A stretch of DNA of 64,000 nucleotides from the human T2T-CHM13v2.0 reference genome, Homo sapiens. The stretch lies in assembly GCF_009914755.1 (NCBI RefSeq), contig NC_060931.1; one strand, 5' to 3'. The notes under the pieces are model-generated. The model had not been told where the DNA came from and did not search any database. It was given only the letters and a program-made list of their open reading frames with translations. A program made the translations under genes and the position numbers. Positions 1 to 14,973 of the stretch are shown in pieces; position 1 is the stretch's first letter; every line of letters begins with the position of its first letter.

Positions 1-1476
1 GAAAAGCTGTAGACATTTTCCCAGGCCAGAACCAAGAGGAGAATGTCATTTTTATTCTGAGTGCATACAAAATCAGCCATTCTTCGGTAACACAGCATCA
101 TGGCTGCACAGGCATTTTACTCTTGGGCCAGAGATTGCAGCACCTGCTCTGAAGCAGGGTAGGGGCCTCCACAGCTAGGACTGTGGAAAGTACCTCAGGA
201 GTAGATCCTGGAATTGTGCTCTCCCCCATCACAGGTGTGGAGTGGGAGGAGAGCTGCTACCACTGCAGTTTTTTGGGGTGATGAGATTTGCAGCCAGGGC
301 CACCTTGGTGACCTGAAACTGGTCTGAGTGTGCCATTGCTGTGTGCACCAGCCTGCTCCACTGAGATCATGGTGAAGCAGGGCCCTCTCCACTCTACTCC
401 CAGGCAGATCTCCAGGCATTTAGACCATTTCCTCACCTGGATCAGCAGCCTGAGATGGCCTAACATTGGGGCCCTCTCCACTCCACGCGCAGGCACAACT
501 CCAGGCATTCAGAGCACTTCCTCACCTGGGCCAGCAGCCTAAGTTGCCCAACCTTTCCTGCACAGAGATCCTGGTCCAGGAGGGCCGTCTCCACTCCATG
601 ACCAGGCAGATATCTAGGCATTTGGAGTGCCTATTCACCTGGAGCAGTGGCCTGACCCACCCCACCCTTCCTGTGTAGAAATTCTGTTATAGGGAGACCT
701 TCTGTGCTTCAAACCCAGGCAGATCTGAAGGCATTCAGAGCACCTGCTTGCCTGGTTCAGAAGCCTGAGCTGCCCCACCTGCCTGCACAAAGATCTTGGT
801 GTAGGTGGTGGTGGAGGGCTTTCTTCTCTATGCCCAGGCAGATCTTGAGGCATCTGGAGCACTCACTCTCCTGGATTAGTTGAGGCTGCCTGCTTCTCTA
901 TGCAGAGAACTTGGGAATGAGGAGATTTCCCAACGCTACACCTACACACACCTCTGGGCACTTAGTCACCACCCACTGGATTCTTCCTCAGAGCTGGTGC
1001 TTGTGCCTGCCATTGGGGGACCCATAGATGGATACGCCTGGTCTGGCTCTGACCATTTTGGCCCCCTTTCTCCTGCAGCTGAGCAGAGAGCTCAAACCAC
1101 TGTGTACTCCATGAATCAACCCATTTCCTGAGGCAACAGAGAGTTTCTTCCAGTAAACAAGGATCAAGTATATACCCAGCATGTTGGCCACAATCTGGCT
1201 GTTAGAAGCATGATATCCTGGCTTATAGGTTGAACTGCACAGCCCAACATAAATCCTGCTAACAAAAGTACATAGGATATAGAAACAAAGCCAAAAGACT
1301 CTACACAGCATTTTCTACAGTTACACCCTCTATGGAGGAGGAGAAAGGGAAAGGGAAATAAAAAAAAATTACAGGGAAGGAAAAAGAGAAGAATCCTACC
1401 TGCATGAAATAATTATAAAAATTAGAAGTTCCAGTATCTCCAGATAAGAAGGAACTAGTGCAAGAATTCTGATACC

Positions 1477-2620
1477 ATGAGAAATCTGAATATACTTATG
1501 CCACCAAAGAATCACACTAGCTCTCCAGAAATGGTCACTAACCAAAATGAAAACTCAGAAATGACAGATAAAGAATTCAAAGCATGGATTACAAGGAAGA
1601 GTAATGAGATCCAAGACAAGGTTGAAAATCAACACAAAGAAACTTCTAAAGCAATCCAGGAAATGAATGAAGAGATAAACATTTTTAAAAGAATCAATCT
1701 GAGCTCTGGGATTGAAAAACTCACTTTCAACCAGGTATTGCGATACACACGTATAGTCCCAGTTATTTTGGAGGCTGAGGCAGGAGGATCACTTGAGTCC
1801 AGGAGTTCAAGGCTGCATTGAGCTATGATTGTGCCACTGAACTCCAGCCTGGGAGGCAGAGTGAGACCCCATCTCTAAAACAAAAAGAAGAGAAAAGAAG
1901 GGAAAAGAAAAGAAAATCTTACTTAAGGAATTTTAAAATACAATTGAAAGCTTTATCAATAAACTGGACAAAGCAGAAGAAAGAATTTCAGAGCATGAAG
2001 ATCAGTCTTTCAAGCTGACAGATAAAAATAAAGAAAAAAGAATTTTAAGAAAAGAACTGTTAGAGAAATACAGGATTATGTAAACCAACCAAACCTATGA
2101 CTTATTGACATTCCTGAGAGGGAAAGAGAAAAAGTAAACAACTTCAAAAACATAGTTTAGGGAATAATTCAAGAAAGTTTCCTTCATCTTAGTAGAGAGG
2201 TAGACATTCAGATACAAGAAATGCAAAGAAAACCTTCTAGATATTATACAAAATAAACAGCACCAAGGCATATAGTCATCAGACTGTCCAAGATCAATGT
2301 TAAAGAAAAAAATCCTAAAGGCAACTAGGAAAAAAAAGGTCAGATCATGTACAGGGGAACCCTATTAGGCTAACAGCAGACTTCTCAGCAGAAACCTCAC
2401 TATCCAGAGGAGATTTGGGGGCCTATTTTCAGCATTCGTAATGACTAGAAATTCCAACCAAGAATTTCATATCCTACCAAACTAAACTTTATAAGTGAAG
2501 GAGAAATAAAATCATTTCCAGACAACTATGCACTAAGAGAATGTATTACCACTAGACTGGCCTTACAAGAGATCCTTAAGGGAGTTCTAAACATGGAAAT
2601 GAAAGAACAATACCTGTGAC
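1477..2620 (+). pseudogene. L1 ORF1p remnant (disrupted)
   Basis: MRNLNILMPPKNHTSSPEM...EMTDKEFKAWI N-terminus; later ccaagaatttcatatcctaccaaactaaactttataagtgaaggagaaataaaatcatttccagac (PRISYPTKLNFISEGEIKSFPD); split by FRAM and frameshifts. Confidence 0.85.
1729..1911 (+). mobile_element. Free right Alu monomer (FRAM / AluJ right arm)
   Basis: ggaggctgaggcaggaggatcacttgagtccaggagttcaaggctgcattgagctatgat; GA-rich tail; TSD gaaaaactcactt (1714-1726) / gaaaatcttactt (1912-1924). Confidence 0.85.
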
Positions 2621-2704
2621 CACAAAACACACTTAAGTACATAGACCACATACCCTATTAGGCAACTACACAATAGAAACTACAAAGCAACCAGCTAACA
2701 ACTT

Positions 2705-5700
2705 CACAGTAAGATCAAAACCTAACAAATCAATATTAAACTTGAATGTAGGTGGTTTAAGTACACCACTTAAAAGGCACAGAGTGGCAAGTTGGGCTAA
2801 AAGAAATAAGACCCATCCATCTGCTGTCTTCAAGAAACCAATCTCACGCATAATGACACCCATAGGATCAAAGTAAAGGGTTGGAGAAAGATCTACCACA
2901 CAAATGGAAAACAAAAAAGAGCAGGGGTGACCATTCATATATTAAATAAAATAGACTTTAAATCAACATCAGTAAAAAAAAGGATGGGGGGAGAAAAAGA
3001 AAGGCATTACATAATGATAAAAGGTTTTAATCAACAGGAAGACCTAACTATCCTAAATATACCTGCACCCAACATTGGAGCATACAGATTCATAAAATAA
3101 GTACTTCTGGACCCATGAAAAGACTGAGACGGCCACAAAATAATAATTAAGGACTTCAACATTTCACTGACAGCATTGGACAGATCATTGAGGCAGAAAA
3201 CTACCAAAAAATTCTAAATTTAAATTGAACACTTGACGAATTGACACTAATATATATCTACAGAATACTTTGTTCAACCACAGACTATACAATCTCCTCA
3301 TCTCCACATAGAACATACTCCAAGATTGACCACATGCTTGCCCGTAAAGCCAGTCTCAATGAATTTGAGAGAAAGGAAATTATACCAGCAATCTCTCAGA
3401 CAACAGTGGAATAAAGATAGAAGTCAATATCTTTATTGATCCCTAAAAAACCATAAAATCCCTAAATCCCATAAAATCCATAAAATCCTAAAAAACATAA
3501 ATCCCTAAAAGGGATTTAAAGATCCCTAAAAAACCATACAATTTCATGGAAATTAAACAACCTGTTCCTGAATGACTTCTGAGTAAACAACAAAATTAAG
3601 GCAGAAATAAAAAAATTATTTGAAATAAGTGAAAATAGAGATACAACATACCAAAGTCTCTATGATGCAGCAAAAGCAGTGTTATGAGAAAATTTTATAG
3701 TGCTAAATGCTTACCTCGAAAGCTAAATCTCAAATTAACAATCTAACATCACACCTAGAGGAACTAGAAAAACAAAAACATACTAAACCCAAACTGGCAG
3801 AAGAAAAAAAAATAACTAAAATCAGAGCAGAACTGTACAGAATTGAGACCCAAAAAAATCATACAAAAATTCAACAAAACCAAAAGGTGGTTCTTCCAAA
3901 GGATAAACAAGATTGATAGACCACAGGCTAAATTAACAAAGAAAAGAGAAAAGATCCAAACAAACACAATCAGAAACAACAAAAGTGAAATTACCATCAA
4001 TCCCACAAAAATACAAAAAATCCTCAAAAACTATTATGAAAACCCCTATGCACACAAACTAGAAAATCTAGAGGAAATGGATAAATAACTGGAAACACAC
4101 AAGCTCTCAAGACTGAATCAGGAAGAAAGCGAAACTCACAACAGACCAATATCAAGTTCTGAAATGTAATCAGTAAGAAAAAAATCTACCAGCCAAAAAA
4201 ATTTCCAGACCAGATGGATTCACATCAAAATTCTATCAGATGTACAATGAAGAAATGGTATCAATTGTACTGAAAGTATTAAAAAAAATGGGATGAAGGA
4301 CTTCTCCCTAATTCATTCTACAAAGTCAGTATCAGCCTGATACCAAAACCTGGCAAAGACACAGTGAAAAAAGAAAATTACAGGGCAATATCCCTGATGA
4401 ACATAGATGCAAAAATTCTCAACAAAATACTAGCAAACTGAATCCAACAGTATATCAAAAAGTTAATTCACCATGATCAAATAGGCTTCATTCCCAGAAT
4501 GCAAAGGTAGTTCGACATATGCAAATCAATAAAGGTGATTCACCACATAAACAGAATTACAAACAAAAACCATATGATCATCTCAACAGATATGGAAAAA
4601 GCTTTCAATAAAATTCAACATCCCTTCATGATAAAAACCCTCAACAAACTAGGCATTGAAGGAACATACCTCAAAATAATAAGAGCATCTATGACAAACC
4701 AACATCAGACTGAACAGGCAAAATTTGGAAGCATTTGTCTTGAGAACTGGAACAAGACAAAGAAGCCCACTCCCACTATTCCTATTCAACATAGTACTTG
4801 GAGTGCTAGCCAGAGCAATCGGGGAAAAGGAAAGAAATAAGAGGCATCCAAATAGGAAAAGAAGAAATCAAACGCTCTCTCTTCTGGAAAATATGAGTCT
4901 ATATTTAGAAAACCTTAAAGACTCTGTCAAAAGGCTTCTGGAACTGATAAACTACTTCAGTAAAGTTTCAGGATACAAAATCAATGTACACTGTACGTCA
5001 GTAGCATTTCTATGCACCAATAATGTGCAAGCTGAGAGCCAAATCAAGAATTCAATCCCATTTATAATACTCGCAAAAAATTAAAATACCTAGGAATACA
5101 CCTAACCAAGGAAGTGAAAGAGCTCCATGAGGAGAATTACAAAACACTGCTGAAAGGAATCATAGATTACACAAACAAATGGAAAAACATTCCATGCTTC
5201 TGGATTGGAAGAATCAATATTAAAATGGACATACTACCTAAAGAGATCTACAGATTCAATACTATTCCATTAAACTACCAATGTCACTTTGCACAGAACT
5301 ATTAAAAACTATTTGAAAATTCATATAGAGGGCCGGGCGTGGTGACTCACGCCTGTAATCCCAGCACTTTGGGAGGCCGAGGCGGGCGGATCATGAGGTC
5401 AGGAGATCGAGACCATCCTGGCTAACACGGTGAAACCCCATCTCTACTAAAAAAAATACAAAAAATTAGCCAGGCATGGTGGCAGGTGCCTGTAGTCCCA
5501 GCTACTCAGGGGGCTGAGGCAGGAGGATGGCGTGAACCCAGGAGGTGGAGCTTGCAGTGAGCCGAGATCGCGCCACTGCACTCCAGCCTGGGTGACGGAG
5601 CAAGACTACATCTCAAAAAAAAAAAAGAAAAAAAAAAAAAATTCATGTAGAACCAAAAAAGAGCTTGAGTAACCAAAACAATCCTAAGCAAAACAATCCT

Positions 5701-6780
5701 AAGCAAAAAGAACAAAGTCAAAGGCTTCACAACTTCAAACTATACTATAAGGCTATAGTAACATGGTACTGGTGCAAAAGCAGACTCTCAGAGCAATGGA
5801 ATAGAATAGAGAACCCAGAAAGAAAGCTGCAAACCTACAGTCATCTGATCTTTTACAAAGTTGACAAAAATAAGCAATGAGGAAAGGATGCCCTATTCAA
5901 TAAATGATGTTGGGATAGTTGGCTATCCATATACAAAAGAATGAAACTGGATTTCTGTTTTTCACCATATTCAAAAATTACCTCGTTAGATTAAAGACTT
6001 TTTAATGTAAGACCTCAAATTATAAGAATCCTAGCAGAAAACCTAAGAAACATCATTCTGGACATTGGCCTTGGGAAAGAATTTATGACTAAGCCCTCAA
6101 AAGCAATTGCAACACCAACAAAAAATGACAAGTGGGAAGTAATTAAACTAAAGAGCTTCTGCACAGCAAAAGAAACTATCAACAGAGTAAACAGACAACC
6201 TACAGAATGAGAGATAATATTCAGAAACTATGCATTCAACAAAGGTCTAATATCCAGAATCTATAAGGAACTTAAACAATTTTACAAGCAAAAAAACAGA
6301 TAACTCCATTTAAAAATGGGCAAAAAAACATAAACAGACACTTCACAAAAGAAGACATCCAAGCAGCCAGCAAACATGAAAAAATGCTCAATGTCACCAG
6401 TCCTCAGAGAATTGCAAATCAAAACCACAATGAGATACCATCTCATACCAGTCAGAATAGCTATTATTAAAAAGTTAAAAAAAAATCACAGATGTTGGTG
6501 AGGCTGTGGAGAAAAGAGAATGCTTATGCACTATTGGTGGAAATGTAAAGTAGTTCAGCTACTGTGGAAAGCAGTTTGTAGGTTTCTTAAAGAACTTAAA
6601 ACAGAACTACCATTCAACCCAGCAATCTCATTACTGGGTATTTATCCAAAAGGAAATAAATCATTCTACTGCAAAGACACATGCACTCATATGTTCACCA
6701 CAGCACTAGTCACAATATCAAAGACATGGAATCAACCTAGGTGCCCATCAATGGTGGATTGGATTTTAAAAATGTGGTAT
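2705..6780 (+). pseudogene. L1 ORF2p remnant (endonuclease/reverse transcriptase, many stops and frameshifts)
   Basis: EN-like YIMIKG, APNIGA, YSKIDHML; RT-like [34 protein letters not shown], degenerate FADD site (SLLENMSLY); C-terminal HYWWKCKVVQLLWK. Confidence 0.9.
5331..5640 (+). mobile_element. AluY
   Basis: Full dimer with gagatcgagaccatcctggctaacacgg and ggcgtgaaccc...gagcttgcagtgagccgagatcgcgcc; TSD aaaattcatatag / aaaattcatgtag. Confidence 0.95.
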
Positions 6781-6782
6781 GG

Positions 6783-7149
<367 letters not shown>

Positions 7150-7701
7150 TCATTTCCTTTGTAGCAATATTTATGTATTTGGAGGCCATTCTCCTAAGTG
7201 AACTAATACAGGAACAGAAAATTAAATACTACATGTTCTCACTTATAAGTGGGAGATAAACACTGGGGACTCATGGACAAAAAGGTGGCAAAAATATACA
7301 CTGGGACTACCAGAGGGAAGAAGGAGCAGAGAAAGGGTTGAAAAACTATTGGGTATTATGCTCAGTACCTAGGTGATGGGCTCAATCATACCCCAAACCT
7401 CAGCATCATGCCATGTACTCAGATAACAAACCTACACATGTACCACCTAACTCTAAAATAGAAGTCGAAATTATTTTTAAAAAAGAAAAAAAGAAAGCTT
7501 TAGCATTTTTTTCTCTTTTTTCTGGGTGAAAAAAACAAAATTCAGCTTTATTATAACATAAAGCTCTACGGCATACCCAGAATCAAAATATATAAATGAT
7601 GGTTGATACCCTTGGGGACATCAAATCTCACTAGAAAGACAGAGCACGCATATGAAGACATTAGGCAATTCAAGAACAACAGAAAGGAATATTCAATGAT
7701 G

Positions 7702-8090
7702 TGTTATATAATTTGGATGTTTGTCCCCTCCAAATCTCATATTAAAATATGATCTCCAATGCTGGAAGTGGGGCTTTGGGGGAAGTATGTGGACCAAGGG
7801 GGTGTATCCTTCTTGAGTGGCTTGGTAGACTCCCTGCAGTAATGAGTTCACACAAGAGCTGATTGGTTAAAAGAGCTTGATATCCCTCTTGCTCCCTCTC
7901 TTGCCATATGAAACGTCAGCTCCCCTTTGCCTTCCTCCATGATTGAAAGCTTCCTGAGGTGTCACCAGAAGCAGATGCTGGTGCCATGCTTCTTGTACAG
8001 CCTGCAGAACCATGAACCAAATAAACCTCTTTTGTTTATAAATCACCTAGCCTCATATATTCTTTTATCGCAATGCAGAATGGACTAACA
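7702..8090 (+). mobile_element. MaLR solo LTR (MST family, MSTA/MSTB-like)
   Basis: tgttatataatttggatgtttgtcccctccaaatctcat ... aaataaacctcttttgtttataaatcacc ... atggactaaca. Confidence 0.85.
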
Positions 8091-8094
8091 CGCA

Positions 8095-8830
8095 AGGACT
8101 CTCCATTCTTAGAACGTATAGTCTAGTGAAGGAGAGAGGTGCGTTAAAAAATAGAGAAATAATTCAAATTCTAAGAGTGACAAATACTGGGAAAAATAGC
8201 ACAATAGGAAAGCTGTTATGAGCAGAACTGTGTCTCCCTAATATTCATATATTGAAATCCTAACCCCTAGTACCTCATAATGTAACTATTTTGGAGACAG
8301 GATATTTAAAGAGATAATTAAGTTAAAATGATTTCATTAGGATGGGCTATTCCAGTCTATTCCAGTATGACTGATGTACTTAAAAGAAGAGGGAATTTGG
8401 ACACAGACACAGAGGGAAGACCATGTGAAGACACAGTGAGAAGATGACCATCTACAAGCCAAAGAGAGAGGCCTTAGAAAAAACTAAATCTGACAACACT
8501 TTGATTTCAAACTTCTAGCCTCCAGAACTGTGAGAACATAAATTTCTGTGGTTCACCTACCGAGTCTGTGGTACTTTGTTATGGCAACCCTAGAAAATTA
8601 ATACAGAAGCCTACCTTAGCTAATATTGTCAAGGAAGGTTTCTGTGAGGTGATGACAAGTAATATCGGGTCTGAAACTTAAAGGAGCATTGTCTGTTCCA
8701 AGCAGAGAAAATGTCAAGTGCAAGAGACCAGAGATAGAAATTTCAAAAAACAGAAAGAAGTCAATATATCTGTGGCACAAGGAACGGGGGTGTGTGATAA
8801 ATTGTGTTCTGGAGAGCATAGAAATGCTCT
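8095..8830 (-). mobile_element. L2 fragments split by the MLT1 LTR
   Basis: tagtctagtgaaggagag and gtcaaggaaggtttctgtgaggtgatgaca resemble the antisense L2 3' region. Confidence 0.5.
8214..8605 (+). mobile_element. MaLR solo LTR (MLT1A/MLT1B-like)
   Basis: tgttatgagcagaactgtgtctccc ... ggtactttgttatggcaaccctagaaaattaataca; 5-bp TSD aaagc / gaagc. Confidence 0.85.
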
Positions 8831-10224
8831 CTCCCATTTCACAGGGATGATCTTCAAGTACAAATAATGGGATGGGGGTGAGAAGGGTAGTCCTTGGATA
8901 TGAACTGAGGACAATTCTCCCATCATAAAAGGAGGGAAGGTAAAAAATGAGTGAGTAGATACATGTCAGTTTTTATCTATTCTTTCAAAAATAAATTATG
9001 AGGCAATGTTATCAGCTGAGGAAGTTAGAAGACAAAAAAAGTCACCTCAGTAAGTGGGAGAGTGAATGTAGGAAAGACGTTAGTAGGATTGACAGCCTAT
9101 GTTGAGTGCCCATTTTAGATCTGTAGTTACAATTTTAAAGGAAGAAAGCACAGTTGCTCAATTTTCTCCAATGATGCTCAGCTGTTAGATAAAGATTCAA
9201 AGTAGGTAGAGTTAATTTTAATCAGGGTTCTGGTGTTACAGATGATTACAACTGGGGACAAAAGAATAAAGGGTGTTTTTTTTTAAAGACTAGCTATAGT
9301 ATCTGATTAAGAAAGCTACACTCCTCCCTCTTTTCCTCCTTTGTGAACTCAGTAGTCTACAGGGCTTTGTATCAACTGTCAAGAATACCAGTGGTAGGGT
9401 AGAATAAAGCCAAATTATGAAGTCTTAAAAGCCCAGATTGGAAATTAGACTCGATCATGGAGAAAATAGGCAGTCATTCATGATATTTTAAACAAGTAAG
9501 TGATAAGATTTTAAAAACATAACATGGTTTAGATAAGAGGGAAATTGGCAAAGGAGCAGGAGGTTTCCTCTCCTCTCTTGAGTAATCGGGACTTGTGAGC
9601 ATTTATATGTTCCTAAGTTTACACAGTAGAAAAGCTATGCCATAGTTAAAAAGCATCCTAGCAAATCAATTTTATCGACTGTGCAAAGTCCAGTAAAGAA
9701 AAATTAGTGAAACGTGATTCCCATATTCCAGGGACTTTTGTTATAAGCATGATGACCAAAAGCAATGAATTTTTCCAGAAAATTTAAAATTCCAGTACTA
9801 TTCCATTGTCCCAAATGATACCCTTATACTCGTTGAACCACAAGCCTCATTGCTGTCTCTGAAAAATATTACTACCATAACAACTAAACCAAACATACTG
9901 ACGTTAAGAGAACAAAAACAGAATGCAGATTAAAACCTTCTGTAACAAATTCCAAAATACGGGTATAAGCCATTTACTTGTTAAAAATTCCACACTTTCA
10001 GAATCTTGAGGTCCTTCATGGGAAGGATAATCGACTTGACATGTTCATACTAATGGCTGTACCATACTGATTTTGCTAAAAAGTTAAAGGAAAAAAGCCA
10101 TTGCTCAATCATTCAGGCTATATCTGGGAGAGTCAAGATATGCAAGTTTGATTTGGAGATACTGGTTGGGGGTTGAGGGGAGGAACAATTCTAATTGTGT
10201 CCATTGATCACTTTCTAGACCAAT

Positions 10225-10404
10225 ATATTACTTAGGGTATGGGTCAAGATGCTGTACCAAAGGGTCCCCAATACACAAGTGGCTCAAACAAAACACAGAT
10301 GCATTTCTCTTCCACATACCAGTCTGAAAGAAGCTTGCTGTATTCTAAGAGCTCACTCAATGGTCCAGGTGGATTTCATTGTGTAGCTCTGTCATAACTG
10401 AAGG
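10225..10404 (-). mobile_element. Old MLT1 (J/K-like) LTR, first part
   Basis: gatgctgtaccaaag...agtggctcaaacaaaacacagatgcatttctcttccacata; appears to resume after the Charlie element. Confidence 0.55.
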
Positions 10405-10469
10405 CAAAGGTTCTTAAATGTTTTGTTCTCAGGATCCTTTTATACTCTTAAAAAGTATTGAGGACTCTA

Positions 10470-10805
<336 letters not shown>

Positions 10806-10921
10806 TTACTATATTAGAAATTAGAAGGAAAAAGAAATTTGAACTTAAAAAATATTTAAGTATTAACTTATTTTATAAAACTATAATCAACCCATTGTTT
10901 GTTAACAAAAGTAACTTCTTT

Positions 10922-11935
10922 TATGAATTCTTTGTCATGCAGTTCAAAAGTCTCTATTCCTTTAGAGTCAGTAACTAGTGCTTTATTTTGACCCTTTGGA
11001 GATGTCATGTTTCCCTGATTGTTTGTGATCCTGTGGCCATGCACTGATGCCTGCACATTTGAAGAAGCAGGCACATATTCCAGTCTTTACAGAATGGCGT
11101 TTGCAAGGAAAGCCCTACAGTAATCAGCCCACACAGAGATTCTGGGCAGGCCATCTGGCATGGTATGTGGCCAGGCCTGGGCAAGTTGGGTGTCTGGGTC
11201 AGCAGGTAGGCGGGCTTGGCACTTGGGTTTGCAGGGTAGGACCCAGAGCCTTGGTTCACTTGGACAGGCCTGCAGCTTGGGTCTGCTGGAGTGGGTGGAC
11301 CCTGGGTCCATGAGACCAACCTGGCACTGGGGTCCACTTGCATGGGCCTGCTCATTGGGTCTACAGGGACAGGCCTGGAGCCTGTATCCACAGGGGCCAG
11401 CCTAAAGCCTGGACCCATGGAGGCTAACCTGGTACTGGGGAAGGCCTTCTTCAGCCTGCATATTCAGGGGCTGGCCTGGCACTGAAATGGGCCTAGCACC
11501 TGGATCCATGGGGACAAGCCTAGAGCCTGAATCCACAAGAGCTGGCCTAGCACTGGAGTGGGCCTGAAGCCTGGGGCCATTGGGACTGGCCTGTAACTGA
11601 GTTTACTGGCATGGTCCTAGGCTGGAGTCTGAGGCAGAGCATGGTGCTCACTTGCTCACTCCACTCTCCTTCTGCCATAGAAAGGGTGTATTTCTCCCCA
11701 CTCTGCTGTCTAGGGTTGGGGCTGGGGTGATGTAAGTAATGTGAAATTGTCGTTCATACCCTCTTCAATGTATTTTCTTATTTGTGTGCTACACCCAGGT
11801 GGTATAATCTCTCATCTGGTTTCTTTAGTTCCTGTGAAGGCATTTCCATGCATGGACAGTTGTTCAAATTGATGTTTCTGTGAAAGGATGGATGAGCGTT
11901 GGAAAATTCTATTCCACCATCTTATTGATATTAGT
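10922..11935 (-). mobile_element. L1M (MA/MB-type) 5'UTR plus ORF1 start, 3'-truncated
   Basis: Reverse strand starts ...caataagatggtggaatag; ~30-bp GC-rich tandem units (ggcctggagcctg..tcca) at 11200-11640; ORF1 start NMTSPKGQNKALVTDSKGIETFELHDKEF. Confidence 0.8.
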
Positions 11936-11995
11936 CATAATATATTTCATTTTTTAAATCTTCTTAAAAAGATAATAAAAAGAGTGGCATTGTTT

Positions 11996-13145
11996 GACAT
12001 GAAACTAGAAATCAATAATAGGAGGAAAATTGGAAATTTCACAAATACGTGGAAATTAAACACTCCTAAACAATCAATTGGTCAAAGAAATCAAAAGGTA
12101 AATTTTAAAAACTCTGATACAACCAAAAATGGAGAAACGTAACATATCAAAACTTATGAGAGGCAATGAAGGCAGTTCTAAGAGGGAGCTGCTATTTAAA
12201 TACTATATGTAAGCATATAATATAAATGCTTATATTAAGAAAAAAGAATAATCACAAATAAACAACCTAACTTTAAACTTTAAGGAACTAGAAAAAGAAG
12301 GACAAACTTAACCCAAAGTTAGCAGAAGGAAGGAAATAATGAAGACCATAGCATAAGTAAGTAAAATAGAGATGAGAAAGGCAATAGAAAATATCAACAA
12401 AACCAAGACCTGGGTTTTTAAAAAGATAAATGAAATTTACAAAGCTTTAATTAGACTAACTATGAAAAAGGAAGAATCAAATAGATAAAATTATAAATGA
12501 AAGAGAAAACATTACAACTGATAGCACAGCAACACAAAGAATCATAAGAGAATACAATAAACAGTTATATGCCAACAAATTAGATAACCTAGAAGAAATG
12601 AATAAATTCTTAAACACATGCAACCTACCAGGACTTAATCAAGAAGAAATAGAAAATCTGTACAGAACAATAATGAGTAAAGAAGTAGAAACAATAATCA
12701 AAAATCTCCCAGAAAAGACAAGACAAGCTCAGGACCAGATGGCTCTACTGGTGAATTTTACCAAACATTTAAAGAATTAATGTCAATTCTTCTCAAACTC
12801 TTCCAAAAAATTGAAGAGAACATTTCCAAATTCATTTTTCAAGGCCAACATTATCCTCATACCAAAGCCAGATAAAAACATTATGAGAAAAGAAAATCAT
12901 ACTCCATTGGCCCTGATGAACATAGATGTAAAAAATTCTCAATGAAATACTCAAAAACTGAATCCAACAGCACATTAAAAGGTTCAAGTGGAACCTATCC
13001 CTGGGATGCAAGGGTGATTCAACATGCAAAAATCAATAAATGTGATATACCACATTAACAGAATGAAGAATCAAAACATATGATTATCTCAAACGATGCA
13101 GAAGAAAAGCATTTGACAAAATTCAACATCCTGTTATGATAAACA
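11996..13145 (+). mobile_element. Internal L1M ORF2 fragment without 3'UTR or poly(A)
   Basis: MKLEINNRRKIGNFTNTWKLN, MNKFLNTCNLPGLNQEEIENL, gcatttgacaaaattcaacatcc. Confidence 0.9.
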
Positions 13146-13228
13146 CTTTATTAATTCATTTCTTAAAAGCATGATAAACTCAATGTTTGTTAACATGTTA
13201 CTTATTTTATAAAAAATAAATATATCTT

Positions 13229-13650
<422 letters not shown>

Positions 13651-13696
13651 TCAATCTGGTACAGTTAAGTTGTTTTAGTTAAAGTATGTAAAGAGT

Positions 13697-14022
<326 letters not shown>

Positions 14023-14601
14023 TCACACAAATATAGCTGGGAAAGGGATGAATACTCCTTTTCAGACAATTATGAATACTGTTCTTTGATACTACACCAA
14101 AACTCAAATGGTAGTTTCTTAAAAGTTAACTGCTGTGTGGAATCTGAAACCATATCAATAAACTTTTAATACTCTATTACATTAAAATCCATTAGAATGG
14201 TGGTAATTATACAACTGATTACATTTGTCAAAACGGATCAAACAAAAAACAAGCAAAATTTATTATTTTATAGTTCCAATGGCTCTTTTACCCATGCACA
14301 GATTCCTAATATTTTGCATTGGTTTTTAGAAATTACTGGTTCACTGAATTATGCAGAACTTCCAAATTTTGACACGTTTTATTACACAATATCAGAAAAT
14401 CACATTTAATATTATTGCTAGTCTCATCAGAAGCATTTTAAAATATTGGGATGTTGCCAAGTTTATAGTAACAGATAGATATTTTCCAAAATTAAAATTT
14501 CCTCTTGAAAACTCAAATTTTATCACTGGTAACAAATATTGTCAGTTTTTTTCCCTTGAAGTAACAGGCCCATTTTTAAAGAAATGTCTAAATAAACATA
14601 A

Positions 14602-14973
<372 letters not shown>

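Noticed and set aside
350-920. Spaced repeats as a CRISPR-like array
   Set aside because: Units are diverged whole-length tandem monomers without unique spacers, inside an L1 5'UTR in primate DNA
11005-11485. 137-aa Pro/Asp-repeat ORF (PVDTGSRPVPVDPMSRP...) as a repeat protein
   Set aside because: Translation of the ~30-bp tandem units of an L1M 5'UTR
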